Source: Candidatus Falkowbacteria bacterium
Lineage (GTDB): Bacteria; Patescibacteriota; Patescibacteriia; Patescibacteriales; UBA12465
NCBI GenBank assembly: GCA_016432645.1
Contig: CP066698.1
Location: 581,062 to 645,061, forward strand
DNA: 64,000 nucleotides
Direction of reading: 5' to 3'
The position numbers and the translations under genes are program-made. The notes beneath the pieces are model-generated. The model was given only the letters and a program-made list of their open reading frames with translations, was not told the origin of the DNA and made no database searches. Positions 48,780 to 55,860 of this stretch are shown here, piece by piece (the stretch's first letter is position 1; the number at the start of each line of letters is the position of its first letter).

Positions 48780-49104
48780 GCCTCGGTAGCTCAGTGGTAG
48801 AGCAAAGGACTGGTTTTCGGTCCGCCTAATAGTAATATTGGGATGAAAATCGGGTGAATTCGGGGAAACCTTCCCTTTTATCTAAGTTGGGTAAAAGAAA
48901 GGCAATCCCGAGCCAAGCTTCAATCGGGTTTAAGATTGAAGAAGGCGTAGAGACTAGCAGGTGAGCCCAACAATAATCCTGCATTAGCGCCCGACTCCGT
49001 ACTTAATCTTTTAAGCGGAGATGATATAGTCCGATCCTTAAGGAAACTTAAGAAAAATTTCAAGGAAAATCCTTGTGTCGTCAGTCCGATTCTGACCCGG
49101 GGCA
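48780..49104 (+). tRNA. tRNA-Phe (anticodon GAA) interrupted by a group I intron; exons 48780-48811 and 49065-49104
   Basis: The joined exons give GCCTCGG-TA-GCTCAGTGGTAGAGC-A-AAGGA-CTGAAAA-TCCTT-GTGTC-GTCAG-TCCGATT-CTGAC-CCGGGGC-A. This is a complete cloverleaf with a 7-bp acceptor stem (one G-U pair). Confidence 0.9.
48812..49064 (+). ncRNA. Group I self-splicing intron (253 nt, no ORF) inserted between U33 and G34 of tRNA-Phe
   Basis: P1: exon GGACU (48807-48811) with GGUCC (48819-48823), giving a U-G pair at the splice site. P10: UUUUC (48814-48818) with 3' exon GAAAA (49065-49069). P2 48825-48842 has a GUAA loop. P3 48851-48856/48988-48993. P4 48860-48864/48907-48911. P5 48869-48872/48899-48902. 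P6a 48918-48925/48934-48941. P7 48950,48952-48955/49028-49032 with a bulged A. P8 48995-48999/49016-49020. P9 49037-49052 has a GAAA loop. The terminal G is at 49064. Confidence 0.85.
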
Positions 49105-49119
49105 CACAAAATAGATAAG

Positions 49120-49165
49120 AAATTGAACTTATGCTATAATTATACTTATGCCGTTAGTTCAATTT
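49120..49165 (+). promoter_or_regulatory. Extended -10 promoter embedded in a symmetric operator-like element upstream of the HTH/LAGLIDADG-like ORF
   Basis: A 9-bp inverted repeat AAATTGAAC (49120-49128) / GTTCAATTT (49157-49165). It flanks the direct repeat CTTATGC (49128-49134 and 49145-49151) around the palindrome TATAATTATA (49135-49144). TGcTATAAT at 49132-49140. Confidence 0.45.
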
Positions 49166-49172
49166 TTTATTT

Positions 49173-49856
49173 ATGCGTTTAGACAAAGATCAAGCTTTAA
49201 AATTAAGACTCTCAGGAAAATCTTATAACCAGATAAGCAATCTTTTAAAAATTCCCAAAAGTACTTTAAGCGTTTGGTTAAAAGATGTTCCCCTATCGGA
49301 GAAGGCTAAATCTGTAATAAAATCAAGAACCAACGAACTTGCGGTATCAAAGTTAATTGAAAGAAATAAAAATCAAACCGTATTAGCAAGCCAACGACAC
49401 GAAGTAATTTATAAACAAGCGACAAAGGAGGCAAAAAATTTATTGGATAATCCCTTATTTATCACAGGAGTATCGCTTTATTGGGCCGAGGGCTATAAAA
49501 AGGGCTGGACAGACAGTAAGTGGAAAAGTATTGATTTCGCCAATGCTGACTCCGAGATGATTGCAATCATGATGTTATTTTTCAAAAAATTTCTCAACAT
49601 CAAGGAATACAAGATAAAAATTCAGATAATGCTGCACGATGAACAAAACTCCCAGAAAGCACTAGATTACTGGCGAAACATTACCAAAGTACCAAAAGAA
49701 AATTTTTTTAAACCTTGCTGCGTAATTAGTAAAGCGAGTAATGGTAAAATAAAAAATAAATTGGAATACGGGACAGTCCATATTAGAATAAACGACGTAC
49801 AAGCATTTTTCCGTTTAGCCGGTTGGATAGATTCATTAAAAGCAAAATTTATATAA
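49173..49856 (+). CDS. Free-standing homing-endonuclease-like protein: N-terminal helix-turn-helix plus a single LAGLIDADG-like motif
   Basis: 227 aa. HTH SYNQISNLLKIPKSTLSVWLK. The LAGLIDADG-like helix is LFITGVSLYWAEGYK, followed by IDFANADSEMIAIMMLFFKKFL ... KIQIMLH ... ALDYWRNITKVP ... YGTVHIRINDVQAFFRLAGWI, a pattern I associate with LAGLIDADG_3-type enzymes. It is visibly more AT-rich than its neighbours. Confidence 0.55.
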   Translation: MRLDKDQALKLRLSGKSYNQISNLLKIPKSTLSVWLKDVPLSEKAKSVIKSRTNELAVSKLIERNKNQTVLASQRHEVIYKQATKEAKNLLDNPLFITGVSLYWAEGYKKGWTDSKWKSIDFANADSEMIAIMMLFFKKFLNIKEYKIKIQIMLHDEQNSQKALDYWRNITKVPKENFFKPCCVISKASNGKIKNKLEYGTVHIRINDVQAFFRLAGWIDSLKAKFI

Positions 49857-49931
49857 CGGGGTGTGGCCCAGTTGGTCTAAGGCGTCTGGTTTGGGACCAG
49901 AAGATCGAGAGTTCGAATCTCTCCACCCCGA
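49857..49931 (+). tRNA. tRNA-Pro (anticodon TGG)
   Basis: CGGGGTG/CACCCCG acceptor, anticodon arm TCTGG-TTTGGGA-CCAGA, T-arm GAGAGTTCGAATCTCTC, discriminator A. It starts at the base after the preceding ORF's TAA. Confidence 0.95.
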
Positions 49932-49949
49932 CTTTAACTTCGAAAAAAA

Positions 49950-49972
49950 AGGACCTTTGTGGGGTCCTTTTT
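49950..49972. terminator. Intrinsic terminator closing the tRNA array (bidirectional context)
   Basis: A-run, AGGACC (49950-49955) / GGTCCT (49963-49968), then TTTT. The convergent minus-strand gene ends at 50001. Confidence 0.7.
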
Positions 49973-50000
49973 GCATTTTGTGTTTTGAGCTTTTTTAGCT

Positions 50001-50912
50001 CTAAATTTTTTTACCTTTTAAATCAACCTTTAAGGTTTCATTGGCTGTAGAGAAGATGTAGGCTGAGTCGCCTAATTTTTGATAAGCAGTATAGGCGGCC
50101 GGGACCAGAATGACTCCATCCAAATTAATCAGGCCATAGCCTTTTTCCGAAGAAACTAAAGCATTTTTAGCGGCATTTACAGAAACGATTTTAGCATTAT
50201 AGCCAAAGAGATCTTTGAGTTTTGTTTCTTTTACTCCATTGCGATATTGAGTATCCATGCCATCGCTGTGAAGACCCGAGTAAGCTTTACCAAAAGAAGT
50301 CTTTTTAAAGAATCTAATATCCAAATGGGCATCAGACCAATTCTCGTATCCGCTAGAATTAGTGCTTAAGTCGGTAAAAAGGTAGTCGCCAAAGGGCAAT
50401 ACCAATAACTCTTCCTTAACAGCATAGCCAGTGGATAGCAATCCTTTCTGTCCAGATTTAGTTGTTAGCCAGTACAGGCTTTGATTGTGAGAATCTTGGT
50501 CAACTTTTGGATAGTTAAATAACTGTTGTTCGCCGTTTGAGTAGAGAAAACCATTCTTTTTGCGTCCGTCAACGCTGATTTTAATGTTTTTTTCATTAAT
50601 AATCAGAGCTTCATCAAAAGGCCCAAAAATTTTTTCCCTGGTTGTCAGAAAAACATATTTCTGCACCCCCTCTATTAATATGGGATATGTATTCTTAATA
50701 TTAATAGAGTCATATTTAAAAGAAGATGCGAGTCTCCCCTTAAAAAACAACGCATATTTTTCCGCTCTTTTTTCAACGGAAAATATCGGAATAGCAACTT
50801 TAGCAGGGGCGACCTTAGGAGCTTCGGCCTTTTCTAATTTGTGGCTTTTAAATTGACAACCGGAAACAGAAAAAGCAATAATTGCAATAAATACTAATAC
50901 TAAGTTTTTCAT
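50001..50912 (-). CDS. Lipoprotein with WG/KWG-type repeats
   Basis: 303 aa. Lipobox FSVSGC after a hydrophobic N-terminus. Repeated segments like KGYGLINLDGVILVPAAY and QKGLLSTGYAVKEELLVLPFG resemble WG-containing repeats. Confidence 0.55.
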   Translation of the reverse strand: MKNLVLVFIAIIAFSVSGCQFKSHKLEKAEAPKVAPAKVAIPIFSVEKRAEKYALFFKGRLASSFKYDSINIKNTYPILIEGVQKYVFLTTREKIFGPFDEALIINEKNIKISVDGRKKNGFLYSNGEQQLFNYPKVDQDSHNQSLYWLTTKSGQKGLLSTGYAVKEELLVLPFGDYLFTDLSTNSSGYENWSDAHLDIRFFKKTSFGKAYSGLHSDGMDTQYRNGVKETKLKDLFGYNAKIVSVNAAKNALVSSEKGYGLINLDGVILVPAAYTAYQKLGDSAYIFSTANETLKVDLKGKKI

Positions 50913-50942
50913 GATTGATTTGTTTTTATGGGTTAAACATTA

Positions 50943-50990
50943 AAATTCATAGCTAAAAACCGATTATTATCGGCGCTTGGCTATGAATTT
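50943..50990. repeat. Nested inverted repeat upstream of the lipoprotein gene
   Basis: An 11-bp perfect arm AAATTCATAGC (50943-50953) / GCTATGAATTT (50980-50990) encloses CCGAT (50960-50964) / ATCGG (50969-50973). Confidence 0.5.
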
Positions 50991-51101
50991 AATATTTAAC
51001 CAATTTTGTTAAAGGACGTGCTAATTAATAATAATATCATTTTATTTACTTTTTGTCAATATCAATAATGTACACCCGAGTACTGTAATCTGCTAGACTC
51101 C

Positions 51102-51130
51102 TTGACATACACTTGTTTTTTGCTTATTAT
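51102..51130 (+). promoter_or_regulatory. Promoter of rpsT
   Basis: TTGACA (51102-51107), 17 nt, TATTAT (51125-51130). The leader contains the hairpin AGAGAC-gcta-GTCTCT (51152-51167). Confidence 0.6.
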
Positions 51131-51195
51131 TATGTTAATGTTTTTATACAAAGAGACGCTAGTCTCTCATAATTTTATTTAATTTAGAACTAGTT

Positions 51196-51456
51196 ATGCC
51201 TAATAAGAAATCCGCGGAGAAAGAACTGCGCAAAACCGTTAAAAGAAACGCTGCCAACAAAAAAGTCGCCACCAAGTTGAAGACTCTAGTTAAGGCTAAT
51301 CTTAAACAAATTAAAGCTAAAGATGTTAAAGTTAAAGAAGACTTTTCTAAGACTATGCAAGCGATTGATAAGGCCGCTAAAAAAGGAATTATCAAAAAAA
51401 ATACCGCTAGCCGCCAGAAATCTCGTTTAATGAAGAAAATAAATACTGTAAAATAA
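51196..51456 (+). CDS. rpsT: 30S ribosomal protein S20
   Basis: 86 aa. MPNKKSAEKELRKTVKRNAANKKVATKLKTLVK is a typical S20. Confidence 0.9.
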   Translation: MPNKKSAEKELRKTVKRNAANKKVATKLKTLVKANLKQIKAKDVKVKEDFSKTMQAIDKAAKKGIIKKNTASRQKSRLMKKINTVK

Positions 51457-51542
51457 GCTAAAAATTAACAAATTTTATAATTAATTGTACTCTTTCCCGG
51501 ATGCGGACAGCTTAACCGCTTCTTAGATAGAGCAAAAGACGT

Positions 51543-51914
51543 ATGTTAGACAAAAAAGCAAAGGAGAAAATTATTAAAAAATTCCGGGTTCACGATACTG
51601 ATACCGGTTCTTCCCAAGTTCAAATTGCGATTTTAACCGAGGAAATTAAGGAATTAACCGAACACTTAAAGAAGCATAAGCATGACTTCTCTTCCCGCCG
51701 CGGTCTGTTAAAGAAAGTTGGCGAAAGAAGAAAATTGTTAAAATATTTACAAAAAGAAAACGCTGAACAGTTTAAAGAATTAGCTACCAAGTTAAAACTT
51801 AAAATTGCTCAGAGATTAGAAGAGGAAGAAGAGGAAGAAAAGAAAAAGGAAAAGAAATATATTAATCCCGAAGACGAAACCGAAGATATCAAAGAGGACG
51901 AGACAGAGGAATAA
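51543..51914 (+). CDS. rpsO: 30S ribosomal protein S15 with an acidic/lysine-rich C-terminal extension
   Basis: 123 aa. Core [49 protein letters not shown], then about 35 extra residues [31 protein letters not shown]. Confidence 0.9.
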   Translation: MLDKKAKEKIIKKFRVHDTDTGSSQVQIAILTEEIKELTEHLKKHKHDFSSRRGLLKKVGERRKLLKYLQKENAEQFKELATKLKLKIAQRLEEEEEEEKKKEKKYINPEDETEDIKEDETEE

Positions 51915-51923
51915 ATTTTAACT

Positions 51924-52433
51924 ATGATAAAGCATAAGGAACAACGTGTAGGAATATTGGTGGACGTCTCAAACATGTACCACTCCGCGAAGAATTTGTA
52001 TAATCGCAAAGTCAATTTTAAAGAGATTTTAGTTAAAGCAGTGGCTGGTCGGAAACTTATCCGGGCCACTGCTTATGCTATCCGGACAGAAACAAAAGAA
52101 GAGCATCCTTTTACTGAAGCTTTGGAACAACAGGGTTTTGAAGTAAAAATGAAGGACTTGCAAATTTTTGCCGGCGGCGCCAAAAAAGCTGACTGGGATG
52201 TCGGGATTGCCATTGATGCCATTAAACTCGCGGATAAACTGGATGTTTTAATTATCGTGTCCGGCGATGGCGATTATCTGCCTTTGGTTTCCTATCTACA
52301 AAACAACAAGGGCTGTTTAGTAGAAGTCATGGCTTTCAGAAAAACCTGTTCTTCACGTTTGGTTGAAGAGGCAGATGACTTTACTGATTTAGGCGCCGAC
52401 AAAAAATATTTAATATACAATAGAAATAAATAA
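51924..52433 (+). CDS. NYN-domain (LabA/DUF88-like, PIN-related) putative ribonuclease
   Basis: 169 aa. RVGILVDVSNMYHS ... DWDVGIAIDAI ... LIIVSGDGDYLPLV matches the NYN acidic-residue pattern. Confidence 0.7.
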   Translation: MIKHKEQRVGILVDVSNMYHSAKNLYNRKVNFKEILVKAVAGRKLIRATAYAIRTETKEEHPFTEALEQQGFEVKMKDLQIFAGGAKKADWDVGIAIDAIKLADKLDVLIIVSGDGDYLPLVSYLQNNKGCLVEVMAFRKTCSSRLVEEADDFTDLGADKKYLIYNRNK

Positions 52434-52524
52434 CAAATTAATATAATTAAAGCGCTGACCGTTAAATAGATAGCACTGTAATCTGATTTACAGTCCTGTA
52501 ATTTAGCGGCCAGGCACCAAAATT

Positions 52525-54804
52525 ATGGAAAAAGTATTTTCAGGAGAGTGGCTTGGCCGTCCTCTCATCATCAAGACCGGCAAGGTCGCCAAACAAGCGA
52601 ATGCCGCGGTCTGGGTACAATACGGCGAAACTGTCGTGCAAGCGACCGTTGTGCAATCTAAAACCGAACGCGAGGGTGTTAATTTCTTCCCGCTGATGGT
52701 TGACTTTGAAGAAAAACTCTATGCGGCCGGCATCATTAAGGGTTCTCGCTGGGTAAAGCGCGAGGGTCGCCCGACTGACCAATCGGTTTTAACCGGACGC
52801 ATGATTGATCGTTCAATCCGTCCTTTATTTGTAACCGGAGATAACCGCGACATCCAAGTAATTATTACCGTATTGGCGATTGACCAAGAAAATGATTATG
52901 ATGTTGTATCATTACTTGCTGCTTCCGCCGCGTTGTCTATTTCCGGGATTAAATGGAACGGACCGATTGGCGGTATCCGCGTCGGTTTAATTGAAGATAA
53001 ATTTGTTTTCAATCCGACCTATGAAGAACAAGCTAAAAGCAGCTTGGATTTAATTGTAGCCGGCACCGACAAGAAAGTAATTATGATTGAAGCGGGTGCT
53101 AATGAAATTCCGGAAGACGTGATGTTAAAAGCAATTATGGCCGGACAAAAAGAAATGCAAGTCGCCATTAATTTAATCAAAGAATTACAAGCCGGTGTGG
53201 AAGTAAAAAATAATGAGAAACCGGTAAAAATAAAATCAGCCGAAGAACTGGAAGCAGAAAAAGATAAAGAAGCGCTACTCGAAATCGGCCGTAATTGGTT
53301 AAATGAAAACATTAAAAAAATCTTATTCGTTAAAGAATATTACACTAAAGGTGAACGTAAAGCGGCCGTCGGTGCCATCAAAGATGGTTTAGATGATTAT
53401 CTGACTACTCAAGGTTTAAGCAGCGACAAACGCGGTTACATCGCTAAAAAATTAGTTGAAGAAATGATTGATGCCGAAGTTACTCGCGCTATCATTGAAG
53501 AAAAGAAACGCGTTGATGGCCGGGAAATTGAAGAAATCAGAGAACTGATTGCCGAAGTTGCTATTTTACCACGCGACCACGGAACTTCTTTATTCTCTCG
53601 CGGCGAAACCCAAGTAATGTCCATCGTTACTTTAGGTGCTCCGGGCATGGAACAATCTTTAGAAGGCATGGAAGGCCAAAGCAAAAAGCGTTACATGCAT
53701 CATTATAATTTCCCACCATATTCCGTCGGTGAAGCTTCTCCTTTAAGAGGAACTGGCCGTCGCGAAGTTGGCCATGGTGCACTCGCTGAAAAAGCTTTAC
53801 TCCCTGTTGTCCCTAATCGTGAGGATTTCCCTTATACTATCCGCGTCGTCAGCGAGACTCTAGGTTCCAATGGTTCTTCCTCAATGGCTTCAACCTGTGC
53901 TTCAACTTTAGCCTTGATGGATGCTGGTGTCCCAATCAAAAAACCGGTAGTCGGAATTGCGATGGGACTTGCTTCTAACCATGATATGAGCAAATGGGTA
54001 GTTTTAACTGACATTCAAGATTTAGAAGATGGCGAAGGCGGTATGGATTTCAAAATTACCGGCACTGATACTGGTTTAACTGCAATTCAACTTGACACTA
54101 AGACTGATGGTTTAACTGAAGAAATTATTACTCAAACCTTAAGTCAGGGGCGTCGCGCTTTAAACAAAATTTTAGGCGTAATCACCGAAGCAATTCCTGC
54201 TCCCCGCGCTGAGTTATCAAAATACGCCCCAAGAATTATCAGCTTCAATGTTGATCCTGAAAAAATTGGTGCCATTATTGGTCCGGGTGGAAAAGTTATT
54301 AATCGCATCATTGATGAGACCGGCGTCAGCATTGATATTGAAGACAGTGGCTTAGTGATGATTTGCGGTACTGATGTTAATATGGTTGACGAAGCCGTCA
54401 GACAAGTTAAAGAAATTGTCCACGTTTTTGAAGCCGGAGAAATCTTAAAAGGCAAGGTTGTTAGAATGTTAGATTTCGGCGCTTTCATTTCTCTAAATGC
54501 TAACCAAGATGGTATGGCTCACGTCAGCGAGCTTGCTCCTTACCGCATCGAGAAACCAAGCGACTTCTTAAATATCGGTGATGAGGTAACCGTCAGAATT
54601 AAGGAAATTGATGACCAGGGGCGTATCAATTTAAGCTTAAAGGGTTTAACGGAAAACGAACACCTTTGGAAAGATGAAAAAGGTAAGTCCAACGGACAGG
54701 CTTCAGCCGGCGGATTCCGACCGAGCCGCTTTGGGAGCGGAAATAGTGGACATGGCGACCGCAACGGCTCTCGCCGACCTGGAGGATTTACCCCTAGAAG
54801 CTAA
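52525..54804 (+). CDS. pnp: Polyribonucleotide nucleotidyltransferase (PNPase)
   Basis: 759 aa. Two RNase PH-like domains, KH (IGAIIGPGGKVINRI), S1 (GKVVRMLDFGAFISL), and a Gly/Arg-rich tail. Confidence 0.95.
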   Translation: MEKVFSGEWLGRPLIIKTGKVAKQANAAVWVQYGETVVQATVVQSKTEREGVNFFPLMVDFEEKLYAAGIIKGSRWVKREGRPTDQSVLTGRMIDRSIRPLFVTGDNRDIQVIITVLAIDQENDYDVVSLLAASAALSISGIKWNGPIGGIRVGLIEDKFVFNPTYEEQAKSSLDLIVAGTDKKVIMIEAGANEIPEDVMLKAIMAGQKEMQVAINLIKELQAGVEVKNNEKPVKIKSAEELEAEKDKEALLEIGRNWLNENIKKILFVKEYYTKGERKAAVGAIKDGLDDYLTTQGLSSDKRGYIAKKLVEEMIDAEVTRAIIEEKKRVDGREIEEIRELIAEVAILPRDHGTSLFSRGETQVMSIVTLGAPGMEQSLEGMEGQSKKRYMHHYNFPPYSVGEASPLRGTGRREVGHGALAEKALLPVVPNREDFPYTIRVVSETLGSNGSSSMASTCASTLALMDAGVPIKKPVVGIAMGLASNHDMSKWVVLTDIQDLEDGEGGMDFKITGTDTGLTAIQLDTKTDGLTEEIITQTLSQGRRALNKILGVITEAIPAPRAELSKYAPRIISFNVDPEKIGAIIGPGGKVINRIIDETGVSIDIEDSGLVMICGTDVNMVDEAVRQVKEIVHVFEAGEILKGKVVRMLDFGAFISLNANQDGMAHVSELAPYRIEKPSDFLNIGDEVTVRIKEIDDQGRINLSLKGLTENEHLWKDEKGKSNGQASAGGFRPSRFGSGNSGHGDRNGSRRPGGFTPRS

Positions 54805-54816
54805 ATTAATAATTTA

Positions 54817-54845
54817 TTGACTTTTATAAAGTATTAAGTTAATAT
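54817..54845 (+). promoter_or_regulatory. Promoter of rpsP
   Basis: TTGACT (54817-54822), 17 nt, TAATAT (54840-54845). Confidence 0.55.
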
Positions 54846-54878
54846 CTACAATACTAAAATAATACAGAAAAAAACACT

Positions 54879-55304
54879 ATGTTAGCGATAAAACTATCCA
54901 AAACAGGAAAAACAAACAAAAAAATGTTCCGTCTGGTTATCTCGGAAAAAGGCCGCGATCCATATGGTAATGTCTTAGAAATTTTGGGTTCTTATAATCC
55001 TCATTCTAAAGAATTAGTTACCAAAGACGACCGGATTAAACATTGGCTAAGTAAAGGCGCCCAAATGACTGCCACTGTCAATAATTTATTGATTGGCAAA
55101 AATATCGTGGAAGGCAAAAAGGTGACCGCTTCCAAGCCGGGAGAAAAAAGTGAAAAGCGCGTTTCTCAACTAAAAGCTAAGGATGATAAAAAGAAGGCCG
55201 CTGCTCAAGCCGCTGCCGCTCCAAAAGAAGAGGCCCCGGTTGAAGAACCGGCAGTTGAAGAAGTTGCTCCAGAAGCAACCCCAGAAACTGAAGCTCAGGC
55301 TTAA
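54879..55304 (+). CDS. rpsP: 30S ribosomal protein S16 with an Ala/Glu/Pro-rich C-terminal extension
   Basis: 141 aa. MLAIKLSKTGKTNKKMFRLVISEKGRDPYGNVLEILGSYNP core, then tail AAAQAAAAPKEEAPVEEPAVEEVAPEATPETEAQA. Confidence 0.9.
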   Translation: MLAIKLSKTGKTNKKMFRLVISEKGRDPYGNVLEILGSYNPHSKELVTKDDRIKHWLSKGAQMTATVNNLLIGKNIVEGKKVTASKPGEKSEKRVSQLKAKDDKKKAAAQAAAAPKEEAPVEEPAVEEVAPEATPETEAQA

Positions 55305-55324
55305 AATAAAAAGTTAAAAGCAAA

Positions 55325-55353
55325 TTGACAAAGAAATGGTCTATTGCTAAAAT
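55325..55353 (+). promoter_or_regulatory. Promoter in front of the KH-domain gene
   Basis: TTGACA (55325-55330), 17 nt, TAAAAT (55348-55353), followed by a leader of about 100 nt. Confidence 0.55.
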
Positions 55354-55455
55354 TATCAGCATAAGGCTACCGACCGCCAGGTTGGCAGCCATCTAATAAA
55401 TCGCTTTCTTGGCTAAACAAACTTGTTTGTCTAACCGGAAAGACTAAGCAAAATT

Positions 55456-55788
55456 ATGGAAGATCAAGACAAGAAGTTTCTTGAAATTATCGTGAAGAAC
55501 ATCGTCGGTAATCCAAACGATGTAGTCGTTGACAGAACGATTGACGAAAGAGGTGTATTATTAACTCTTAAAATCAATCCGGCTGACATGGGCTACGTGA
55601 TTGGCCGTAAAGGTCAAACCGCACAAGCTATCCGCACCTTATTAAAGATTGTCGGAGCTAAAAACAATTCTCGCGTTAACCTCAAGATTTATGATCCAGA
55701 GGGAGGCAATCATCGCCCAGCAGAACGCCGTGAAAATAACAATCGTGAAGAAATTGATACTTCCGCGATTGATGACTTGAACATCTAA
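55456..55788 (+). CDS. KH-domain RNA-binding protein (UPF0109/YlqC family)
   Basis: 110 aa. VLLTLKINPADMGYVIGRKGQTAQAIRTLLK carries the KH GxxG motif. It occupies the canonical position between rpsP and trmD. Confidence 0.8.
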   Translation: MEDQDKKFLEIIVKNIVGNPNDVVVDRTIDERGVLLTLKINPADMGYVIGRKGQTAQAIRTLLKIVGAKNNSRVNLKIYDPEGGNHRPAERRENNNREEIDTSAIDDLNI

Positions 55789-55814
55789 TTACAAGCCATT
55801 TCAAATAAACAAGA

Positions 55815-55845
55815 AAGCCACAATTCTTAAAACGTGGCTTTTTTG
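55815..55845 (+). terminator. Intrinsic terminator after the KH gene
   Basis: AAGCCAC (55815-55821) / GTGGCTT (55834-55840) followed by a T-run. Confidence 0.65.
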
Positions 55846-55852
55846 TTATAAT
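55844..55852 (+). promoter_or_regulatory. Extended -10 promoter (TGtTATAAT) 8 nt upstream of the trmD ATG; near-leaderless
   Basis: TG 55844-55845, TATAAT 55847-55852, ATG 55861. Confidence 0.4.
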
Positions 55853-55860
55853 AGGTATAT

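Noticed and set aside
48920-49105. A 61-aa minus-strand ORF.
   Set aside because: It lies wholly within the group I intron and the 3' exon of tRNA-Phe. The region is explained by RNA structure.
49823-50050. A 75-aa plus-strand ORF.
   Set aside because: It reads through tRNA-Pro and the terminator hairpin, so it is not plausible as a gene.
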